Source of the DNA: an uncultured Janthinobacterium sp.
Lineage (GTDB): Bacteria > Vulcanimicrobiota > Vulcanimicrobiia > Vulcanimicrobiales > Vulcanimicrobiaceae
Direction of reading: 5' to 3'
NCBI GenBank assembly: GCA_964658025.1
Contig: CAZZXB010000098.1
Location: forward strand, 1-11,347
Length of the DNA stretch: 11,347 nt
Within the stretch, counting starts at the first letter, position 1. Each line of letters begins with the position of its first letter. Both the position numbers and the translations under genes were made by a program. Shown piece after piece: positions 1 to 7,023 of this stretch. The notes under the pieces were generated by a model. The model was not told the DNA's origin, made no database searches, and worked only from the letters and a program-made list of their open reading frames with translations.

Positions 1-770
1 AGCACGCCCGCCGCGCCGCCCTCGGTCATCGAGCGCACCGCGTCGAGCGAGACGTCGAGGTAGGTTTTGAAGCGCGCGCCGTATTTGTCGAGCGAGAGCG
101 AGAACGGGTCGAGGTCGCTCAGCGTGGCGCGATAGCGGGCGACGCCGAAGGGGACGTCCGGCGCGTGCCAGAGTTCGACCGTTTCGAGTTGGCCCGCGCG
201 CGCCGCACGACCGAAGCGCGCGGTGACGCGCGTCGTCTCGCGCGCGCGGCCCGCGACGTGGAGCGTCTCCGTCGCGACCGATTCGATCGTGAGCGGCCGG
301 GCGTCGTAGAGATAGGCCTCGTCGAGCAGGCGGAGGTGCGCGTCGGAGGCGGAACGGGTCTGGCCGCCCGCGACGTCGGCCCAGCGCGTCACGATGTTCC
401 CGCTCCGCGCGACCGTCGCGAGCACGGGATACGGCGTGACGAGCGCGCCGAAATGCGGCGTCGTGAGATACGTCTTGCGCGTCGTGTTCGGATTGCACGC
501 GAGGCTCGCGATGCCGATCTGCGTCTCGACGAACGCGAGTCGCGTGCCGTCGCGCTGGACCTCGGTCCCGAAGCCGATCTGCTTGCCGTACGGCACGCCG
601 CTCCCCATCGTCATGCGCAACCAGTCGCCGCTCTCCGGACGCGGCAGCGCGGCGAAGAGATCGCCTTGCGTCGTCTGCTTTCCGACGAGCGCGGCCGCGG
701 CCGACGCGAACGGTAACCCCGCCGCGAGCGCGGCACCGAACGTGCTCAGGACGAACGAACTGCGCTTCAC
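1..770 (-). CDS. Exported hypothetical protein, 3'-truncated at the window edge (at least 256 aa)
   Basis: Manual translation: GTG at 770 overlaps the TGA of the TlpA gene (GTGA) and follows a GGAGG RBS at 7 nt spacing. The frame stays open to base 1. The N-terminus MKRSSFVLSTFGAALAAGLPFASAAA is signal-peptide-like. It is probably missing from the ORF track because no stop lies in the window. Confidence 0.8.
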   Translation of the reverse strand, partial: MKRSSFVLSTFGAALAAGLPFASAAAALVGKQTTQGDLFAALPRPESGDWLRMTMGSGVPYGKQIGFGTEVQRDGTRLAFVETQIGIASLACNPNTTRKTYLTTPHFGALVTPYPVLATVARSGNIVTRWADVAGGQTRSASDAHLRLLDEAYLYDARPLTIESVATETLHVAGRARETTRVTARFGRAARAGQLETVELWHAPDVPFGVARYRATLSDLDPFSLSLDKYGARFKTYLDVSLDAVRSMTEGGAAGV

Positions 771-1282
771 GTATCGCCTCCGGTTCGCGGTAAGATCGTC
801 GCGATCGCCGATCGCAGATCGGCGGCCGTCATCCGACCGAGATGGATCGCCCGCACGACGCCCGCGGCGTCGATGAAGACGGTCTCGGGAATCTTCGTCG
901 TGCGGTACGTCGCGGAAAACTGACCGTCGTCGATCGCGACGGGATACGTCACGCCCATCGTCCGCGCGAAGCGTACCGCGATCGCCTCGCCTTCCTGCTC
1001 GTCGACGCCGAGAAAATTCACGCGCGCGCCGTACGTGCGGTGCGCCGCGACGAGCGCGCGTTCTTCGCGACGACACGACGCGCACCACGACGCGTAGACG
1101 TTGAGCACCATGGGTTTTCCCGCGAACGACGCGCGCGAGTATTGGCCGCCGCCGGGTTTCGCGACGACGAACGCGGGCGCGGCCCGGCCGACCGTCGCGC
1201 CGTCGGACGTCGCGGCCGCCGCCGAGACGAACGCCGCGCCCCCGAGGAACGACGCCGCGAGTGCGGTCTTAAATAAAATCAC
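767..1282 (-). CDS. TlpA/ResA-like exported thiol-disulfide oxidoreductase (thioredoxin fold)
   Basis: GKPMVLNVYASWCASC (CxxC, C67/C70), cis-Pro motif IPETVFID, hydrophobic N-terminal signal. The GTG start overlaps the hydrolase 3' end by 14 nt. Confidence 0.88.
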   Translation of the reverse strand: MILFKTALAASFLGGAAFVSAAAATSDGATVGRAAPAFVVAKPGGGQYSRASFAGKPMVLNVYASWCASCRREERALVAAHRTYGARVNFLGVDEQEGEAIAVRFARTMGVTYPVAIDDGQFSATYRTTKIPETVFIDAAGVVRAIHLGRMTAADLRSAIATILPRTGGDT

Positions 1283-2063
1283 GGACCGCCGAGACGAATT
1301 CGGCGAACGCCGAACGATGCAGGTTGTGCCCTTCGTTTTCGAAGACGCGGACCGAGACGTTCTTGCCGGCGCGTTCTTCGATGAAGGCGCGATCGTCGGC
1401 CGACATCACCGACTCCTCGCCCGCGGCGAGGATCAATAACGCGACCGGATAGTCGACGAGCGTCTCGCGGATGTCCCACTTTCCGTCGACCGTGTGATTA
1501 TCGCTTCCGAGACGTTCGAGCGCCTCGACGTGCATCGGCAACATCGCGTGGACCTTGCCCTCGACGTCCTGCGGGAACGAGCCCTCGTACATCTTGCGGA
1601 TCGCCGCCTCTTTCGCGACCGGTTCGAGTCCGAGCGGTTCGCGCAGATCGTCGACGTACTCCGCGTCGAACGTCCCCGCGGGAACGCGGATCATCGGATC
1701 GATCGCGACGACGCGCGAGGGCTTCATCGCCTTCCCGCCGAGCAGCGCGACCGCGCCGCCCCACGAATGACCGATCAAGACGTCGACGGGGCCCGGCAGC
1801 GCGTCCGCGACGGTTCGCAGATCGGCGAGACTGCGTTCGAGCGTCATCGGCCCGAGCACCTCCGCGCTATCGCCGTGACCGCGCTGATCGTACGCGAAGA
1901 CGCGATACGACGGCGCGAACGTCTCGCCGAGTCGCGACCACGAACGGCGCGAACTCGCGATCCCGTGAACGCATAACACGATCGGTCCGCTCGAGCCCCA
2001 GCTCTCGAGGATCGTCGACGGACCGTCGTCGAGGGCGATCGTGCGTTCGGTTGAGAGCATCAT
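1269..2063 (-). CDS. Alpha/beta fold hydrolase
   Basis: Oxyanion region VHGIASS, YDQRGHGDS motif, nucleophile elbow GHSWGG, C-terminal catalytic His in EGHNLH. No signal peptide. Start could be 2063 or 2060. Confidence 0.9.
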   Translation of the reverse strand: MMLSTERTIALDDGPSTILESWGSSGPIVLCVHGIASSRRSWSRLGETFAPSYRVFAYDQRGHGDSAEVLGPMTLERSLADLRTVADALPGPVDVLIGHSWGGAVALLGGKAMKPSRVVAIDPMIRVPAGTFDAEYVDDLREPLGLEPVAKEAAIRKMYEGSFPQDVEGKVHAMLPMHVEALERLGSDNHTVDGKWDIRETLVDYPVALLILAAGEESVMSADDRAFIEERAGKNVSVRVFENEGHNLHRSAFAEFVSAVRDFI

Positions 2064-2121
2064 CGGTGCGGGAATTCTCCACGTCTTCGAGCGCGAGCTC
2101 GAAACGCTCGTGAGATGCGAG

Positions 2122-2165
2122 CGGGCGGCTCGCGGTACGGCGAGTGCCGTACGACGAGCCGCCCG
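2122..2165 (-). terminator. Strong stem-loop after the cytochrome c gene (terminator or mRNA 3' stabiliser)
   Basis: 2122-2132 pairs with 2155-2165 (11 bp) and 2135-2141 pairs with 2146-2152 (7 bp), with a 2x2 internal loop and a 4-nt loop. It begins 24 nt past the stop codon. There is no U-tract, so it is not a canonical intrinsic terminator. Confidence 0.55.
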
Positions 2166-2189
2166 ATCGGCGTGCGTGACGCGTGCGGA

Positions 2190-2660
2190 TCAGGCTTTCG
2201 GGTGAATCGGAACCTTCGAAGCCTTCGCCGCATTCGCGGTGAGCGTCTTGCTCCCCGACGGGTAGCCGTTGAACTTCAGGATGTACGCCATGATCGCCGA
2301 GTACTGCGGCGCCGATAACGACGCCGGAGCGTTGAGCGGCATCTGTTGCGAGATGAACGTGTAGAGATCGCCGACGGTGAGCTTCGTGTTCTTCGCGAGC
2401 GTGACGAACGTCCCGCCGGTGAGCGCGGGACCCGCGCCGCCTTCGAGATGTTCGCCGTGACACGCGGAACAGTTCGCGCCGAAGGCCTTCTCGCCCATCG
2501 ACGCCTGCGCCGTCGTGAAGAGTGCCGGAGCGGCCATCGCGGACGATGACGAACCGGATGACTTCGCCGTCGCGGACGACCCGGTAACGGCGACGCCCGC
2601 CGCGAGCATGGAGACCGCAATCGCCGCGGCGATGGACCGTCCCCGGATGGTCTGCATCAT
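2190..2660 (-). CDS. Periplasmic monoheme class I cytochrome c; candidate electron acceptor for XoxF (XoxG role)
   Basis: Signal peptide, Ser-rich linker, a single CSACH heme motif (C64-H68), GPAL motif, likely axial Met in QQMP. Its AGGAG RBS overlaps the upstream TAG stop. Confidence 0.88.
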   Translation of the reverse strand: MMQTIRGRSIAAAIAVSMLAAGVAVTGSSATAKSSGSSSSAMAAPALFTTAQASMGEKAFGANCSACHGEHLEGGAGPALTGGTFVTLAKNTKLTVGDLYTFISQQMPLNAPASLSAPQYSAIMAYILKFNGYPSGSKTLTANAAKASKVPIHPKA

Positions 2661-2668
2661 GAAAACTC

Positions 2669-3133
2669 CTAGTGGCCCGCCTCAACGTGCTTGTGGAGCG
2701 AATTGAGGTCGTCGAGTGTATTCAAGAGAACGGCGTTCTTGACCGAATCGTTCTTGATGCCGAGTTCTTTACGCGCCTCGGCCGGATCCCAGAACGTGCC
2801 GTCGTGGTCGTACCCGAGCACCGCCGAATTGTGCTTGGAGATCGCGTCGGGCGAAACCGATCCGCCGTTCTCTTTGACGACGTACTCTTCGAACGCGACG
2901 TACGTGGGATGGTTGTCGCGGACGAACGCGATCGTTTTCGCCTTGTCGAGCCCGAGCGCGTCGAGCGTCATCTGGTCGAAACCGGCGCCGCATTCGTCGT
3001 ATCCCGCGGGGAGCAGATCGTGCGCGGCGAGCGTGAGCTTGAGCCAGAGGCGGGGAAGGTGGACGGCGCCGAGCGGTCCGGCCGTTCCCGAGCTGATGAG
3101 CGGAAGGATGGCTGTCGACGTGGCGGTTGCCAT
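2669..3133 (-). CDS. DUF5069-like cytoplasmic protein of unknown function
   Basis: 154 aa with a strong AGGAG RBS. The motif GPLGAVHLPRLWLK...GY...D...L..LGLD resembles DUF5069 as I recall it (not searched). No signal peptide; one Cys (C48). Confidence 0.7.
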   Translation of the reverse strand: MATATSTAILPLISSGTAGPLGAVHLPRLWLKLTLAAHDLLPAGYDECGAGFDQMTLDALGLDKAKTIAFVRDNHPTYVAFEEYVVKENGGSVSPDAISKHNSAVLGYDHDGTFWDPAEARKELGIKNDSVKNAVLLNTLDDLNSLHKHVEAGH

Positions 3134-3169
3134 AATGTGGATCTCCTACGGTGAGGTGAGTGGTTGTCG

Positions 3170-4090
3170 TTAGCGGGTCGCCGGCGCGGGGGAGCCGCGA
3201 CGCGATTTGAACGTCAGTTCGGCGACGCCCGACTTATCGAGCGAATCGCCGATTCCGAGATCGATCATCCGATCGAACTGCTTTGCCGATGCCGCGGCGA
3301 CGGGGAGCGAGAGTCCGACCTCGTCGCCGAGCGAGAGCGCGATGTGCGAGTCCTTCGCCGCGTGGGCCGCGGAGAAGTAGACCTCGTGATCGCGGTTCTG
3401 CATGTCCTCGCCGTCCGTCGCGAGGACGCGCGAGTTGGCGCCCGTCTGCGAGAAGACTTCGCGGAGCATCGTGAGGTCGAGACCGAGCGCGTCGCCGAGC
3501 CCGAGACCTTCGGCGAGCCCCGCCGTGTTGACGTTCATCACCATGTTCACGAGCGCTTTGACCTGCGCCGCGGAACCGGCCTTACCGATGTAGCGCAGCG
3601 ACGCGCTCATCGACTTCAACAACGGCTCGACCTTTTCGAACGTCGCGCGATCGCCCGCGACCATGAGGTAGAGCGAGCCGTCGCGCGCCTGCGTGATCGA
3701 ACTCGCCATGCTCGCTTCGATCGCGTGCGCGCCGGCCTTTTCGGCGCGACGGTCGATCTCGATGTGGACCGCGGGCGATACCGTCGCGCAGTTGATGAAG
3801 ATCTTTCCCGACGCGTCGGTCAGTAACGAGTCGCCCGCATCGCCGAAGATGCCGAACATCGCCTTGTCGTCGCTCACGACCGTGATGATCACGTCCGCGG
3901 CCTTCGTCACGTCGGCGAGCGTTTTCGCGTGCGTCGCACCCGTCTCGCTCGCGACCTTCGCGGCCGTCTCGGCGTAGACGTCGTACACCGCGGTCACGGC
4001 GTATCCGACGTCTTTGAGGCGGAGCGCCATATTCGCTCCCATGCGACCGACGCCGACGAAGGCGACCGTTGGCTTCGAATGCTCTGTCAT
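3170..4090 (-). CDS. NAD(P)-dependent oxidoreductase, beta-hydroxyacid dehydrogenase family (3-hydroxyisobutyrate/6-phosphogluconate DH-like), atypical
   Basis: Rossmann motif GVGRMG, INCATVSP, catalytic Lys region GSAAQVKALVN (K178), C-terminal FSAAHAAKDS. The substrate loop is EASMASS in place of the canonical DAPVSGG. Confidence 0.88.
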   Translation of the reverse strand: MTEHSKPTVAFVGVGRMGANMALRLKDVGYAVTAVYDVYAETAAKVASETGATHAKTLADVTKAADVIITVVSDDKAMFGIFGDAGDSLLTDASGKIFINCATVSPAVHIEIDRRAEKAGAHAIEASMASSITQARDGSLYLMVAGDRATFEKVEPLLKSMSASLRYIGKAGSAAQVKALVNMVMNVNTAGLAEGLGLGDALGLDLTMLREVFSQTGANSRVLATDGEDMQNRDHEVYFSAAHAAKDSHIALSLGDEVGLSLPVAAASAKQFDRMIDLGIGDSLDKSGVAELTFKSRRGSPAPATR

Positions 4091-4117
4091 GCTTCTTTCG
4101 CTGTGGAGTGAGAGGGC

Positions 4118-4930
4118 TTAGGCCGGATTCGCCGCCGGCTGGTACAGCTTCACGCCGTTCTTGACGAGGATCGCGGTGAGATCGCTCTTGTGCTTCGCGA
4201 CGACGACGTTGAGCCGGTCGCGTAGCGCGCGATCGTCCGTCCGCGTGCCCATCGCCATCGGGAAGGCATACTGCTCGGGCGACCCCTGCGAGCGCGAGTT
4301 CGGAACGGTGACGACGGCGAACTGCGGCATGGAACGGAGGTAGTATCCGACCGACGGTTCCCACGTGATACCCACGTTGATGCGACCCGAGCTCAGGGCG
4401 CGCAACATCTCGTCGGTCGAAGCGCTCGGTTCGTCGGTCGCGTCGAACGGTTTCGCGTGCAGGATGAGCGTGCGGATCTTCAAGCCGTCTTCGGCGGGCG
4501 TGTCGGCCTCGAAACCGATCTGCAATTTTTGTAAGACGGGCGAGTCCATCGAGCTGATGTCGTACGCTTTTTTCTTCGGATAGATGAACACGTACGACGA
4601 GATGTAGTACGGCTCGGTCGGGAGCACGATGTCCGCCGCATACGGGACGTCCATGACGACGTCGCATTTCTTTTTGTTGAGATTGTCGCTGACGAATTGA
4701 TCGAATCCGCCCGACCCGCGCGTGGAGGCCCACACGTACACCAACCGATCGCCGAGCGATTTCGCGACGTAGGCGGCGATCTGATTTTCGAATCCTTGAC
4801 CCGCGCGATTCGAGAACGGCATGTAGTCGGGATCCGCACAGACGCGGAGGTCCGCGGCCTTGGCCGTCGCGGGGAGCAACGCCACGGCGAGCGTCGCGGC
4901 GATCGAGGTGATCAGGGAGCGAAGGAACAT
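4118..4930 (-). CDS. xoxJ: XoxJ/MxaJ-like periplasmic binding protein associated with quinoprotein dehydrogenases
   Basis: Signal peptide ending AKA-A, then LRVCADPDYMPFSNRAGQGFENQIA, KKCDVVM and TEPYYISSYVF, all typical of MxaJ/XoxJ. It lies directly downstream of xoxF. Confidence 0.85.
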   Translation of the reverse strand: MFLRSLITSIAATLAVALLPATAKAADLRVCADPDYMPFSNRAGQGFENQIAAYVAKSLGDRLVYVWASTRGSGGFDQFVSDNLNKKKCDVVMDVPYAADIVLPTEPYYISSYVFIYPKKKAYDISSMDSPVLQKLQIGFEADTPAEDGLKIRTLILHAKPFDATDEPSASTDEMLRALSSGRINVGITWEPSVGYYLRSMPQFAVVTVPNSRSQGSPEQYAFPMAMGTRTDDRALRDRLNVVVAKHKSDLTAILVKNGVKLYQPAANPA

Positions 4931-4955
4931 GCGCGATCCGATCGGTGTCGTGAAT

Positions 4956-4992
4956 GCGCCCGTCGCGACGTTCGAGACGTCGCGACGGGCGC
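4956..4992. repeat. Perfect 16-bp inverted repeat between xoxF and xoxJ
   Basis: GCGCCCGTCGCGACGT (4956-4971), a 5-nt loop, then ACGTCGCGACGGGCGC (4977-4992). No U-tract on the coding strand. Confidence 0.85.
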
Positions 4993-5025
4993 GGAGCGTT
5001 TTAACGGTTAGGCGTTCCTACCCGC

Positions 5026-6807
5026 TTATGACGTCGAGGGCAACGCGAAGACCATGAGATCTCCGCCGAGCTGGGTGTAGTGCGCCAGATCGAGTGCGGC
5101 GTTGACCGCTCCGAGACCGGCCGTGGGATTGGTCAACCCGGCCGCGAGACCGAGCGCCGCCCATCCGCCGACGCCGGAGAAGATCGCGACGTACTGATGT
5201 CCGTTGTGCGTGTACGTGATCGGGTTTCCGATGATCCCCGACGGAACTTTGAACTTCCAGAGTTCCTTACCGCTCTTCGTTTCGACCGCTTTGAAATATC
5301 CGTCCATCGTGCCGTAGAACGCTACGCCGCCGTTGGTGGTGAGCACGCCGCTCCATGCGGGGAAGCGCTCCGGATCGTTCCACACGATCTTGCCGTCGTT
5401 GGGATCCCAACCGATGACGGCGCCGCGGTTACCGCCCGGACCCGGATACATCTTGACGATGGCGCCGACGTACGGGAAGCCCGACTTGTACTGAACCGCA
5501 AAGGCCTTGTAGTCCATGCAATTGTGGTTCGTCGGGACGATGAAGAGACCGGACTGCGCGTCGAACGACGCGGGCTGCTGGTCCTTCGAGCCCATCGCGG
5601 CCGGGCAGATGCCGGACACGTTCTGGCCCGCCTTCGGGGTCTTGTCGGCGACGACGTTCGGTCGGCCGGTCGACATGTTGATGTCGGTCGCCCAGTTCAC
5701 GTCGGTGTCGAATTTCTTCGCGAGCAAGAGCTTGCCGCTGCGGCGATCGAGCTCGTAGGCGAAGCCGTTACGATCGAAGTGCACGAGCGCCGGCGTCTTC
5801 TGACCGTTGATGTTGATGTCGGCGAGGATCATCTCGTTGACGCCGTCGTAGTCCCACGCGTCGTGCGGGGTCATCTGATAGCCCCACTTCGCTTCGCCCG
5901 TGTCCGGGTTGCGCGCGAAGATCGTCATCGACCACTTGTTGTCGCCGGGACGCTGCGACGGGTTCCACGTCCCCGGGTTGCCGGTTCCGTAGTACACGAG
6001 ATTCAGCTCGGGATCGTAGGAATACCAGCCCCACGTCGTGCCGCCGCCGACCTTCCACTGGTCGCCGTGCCACGTCGAGGTGCCCTGGCCCTTGGGTCCG
6101 GTGAACCCGCTCCCGATGAGCACGTCCTTGTCGGGGCCTTCGCTGTACGCGCGCCACGCTTTGTGGCCGCTCGAGAGATCGTAAGCCGTTAAGAAGCCGC
6201 GGACGCCGAATTCACCGCCGGAGACGCCGACGATGACTTTGTCCTTGACGACGAGCGGTGCGGCCGTGAGCGTCTGGCCCGCTTCCGCGTCGGAGTTCTT
6301 CACGTTCCACGCGACCGTGCCGTTGGAGGCGTTGAGCGCGATGACGTGTCCGTCGAGCGCGTCGACGATGATCTTGCCGTCACCGTAGCCGACGCCGCGA
6401 TTGACGAGGTCGCAACACGCGACCGAAACCGCGAACGGATCTTCCTTGGGCGTGTACTCCCACTTCGTGTGATAGTCGTTGAGGTCGATCGCGTACACGT
6501 GATTGGGATAGGCACTCTCGTAGTACATCGTGTCGCCGATGACGAGCGGCTGGCCTTCGTGGCCCCGCGTCGCGCCGGTCGACATCGTCCACGCGGCCGT
6601 CAAGTTCTTGACGTTGTCCGTCGTGATCTCGCTGAGCGTACTATTGCGCGTATTCGCATAGTTGAGGCTCGGCATCACCCACTGTGCCGAATCCTTCGAC
6701 ATGTCGTTGAGCGAAACGCGTTCTTGCGCCGTTCCGACTCGCCACGCGCCGGCCACGCCGAGCGCGAGCGCGACGGCTGCAGCCGACCCTATTAGGACTT
6801 TTTTCAT
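5026..6807 (-). CDS. xoxF: Lanthanide-dependent PQQ methanol dehydrogenase, XoxF type
   Basis: Signal peptide, RGHEG, vicinal cysteines ACCDLVNRG (C131-C132), metal ligands E199 (SGGEFGVRG) and N277 (GTGNPGTWN), and TPHDAWDYDGVNE with catalytic D319 plus the extra lanthanide ligand D321 (Ala in Ca-dependent MxaF). No mxaI in the window. Confidence 0.93.
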   Translation of the reverse strand: MKKVLIGSAAAVALALGVAGAWRVGTAQERVSLNDMSKDSAQWVMPSLNYANTRNSTLSEITTDNVKNLTAAWTMSTGATRGHEGQPLVIGDTMYYESAYPNHVYAIDLNDYHTKWEYTPKEDPFAVSVACCDLVNRGVGYGDGKIIVDALDGHVIALNASNGTVAWNVKNSDAEAGQTLTAAPLVVKDKVIVGVSGGEFGVRGFLTAYDLSSGHKAWRAYSEGPDKDVLIGSGFTGPKGQGTSTWHGDQWKVGGGTTWGWYSYDPELNLVYYGTGNPGTWNPSQRPGDNKWSMTIFARNPDTGEAKWGYQMTPHDAWDYDGVNEMILADININGQKTPALVHFDRNGFAYELDRRSGKLLLAKKFDTDVNWATDINMSTGRPNVVADKTPKAGQNVSGICPAAMGSKDQQPASFDAQSGLFIVPTNHNCMDYKAFAVQYKSGFPYVGAIVKMYPGPGGNRGAVIGWDPNDGKIVWNDPERFPAWSGVLTTNGGVAFYGTMDGYFKAVETKSGKELWKFKVPSGIIGNPITYTHNGHQYVAIFSGVGGWAALGLAAGLTNPTAGLGAVNAALDLAHYTQLGGDLMVFALPSTS

Positions 6808-7023
6808 GCAACACCCTCACGATCAAAACGCCGACGCAGAATCGGGCGTCGAGACGATATCGATCCTCGAGTAGCGTACCCACCGCGTCCCCGGTCGAAA
6901 ATCCGTCTGTCGGTTTACGTGAAAATCGCATCTAGTTCGGGGCGATTCGCGCGGAAACGGGTTACACGGCGTCAAACGTCATAGGGGCCCACGAAGGGGT
7001 CCTGAGGGAATACCATCGTTCAT
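6808..7023. promoter_or_regulatory. Divergent promoter region between xoxF and the regulator
   Basis: 216-bp gap between divergent starts, with a GAGGG RBS before xoxF. GAAAATC occurs twice (6897-6903, 6921-6927). A possible minus-strand -10 TACGCT lies at 6873-6878. Individual elements are tentative. Confidence 0.6.

Noticed and set aside
5080..6192. Long antisense and alternate-frame ORFs (e.g. 5080..6192 +, 3582..4733 -, 1867..2685 -, 165..716 +, 394..876 +, 9259..10044 -)
   Set aside because: Low-complexity, mostly Arg-rich shadows of well-supported genes, as expected in high-GC DNA; no recognisable motifs.
5026..6807. Calling the dehydrogenase mxaF
   Set aside because: It has WDYDG rather than the MxaF-type D-x-A, and mxaI and mxaACKL are absent from the window.
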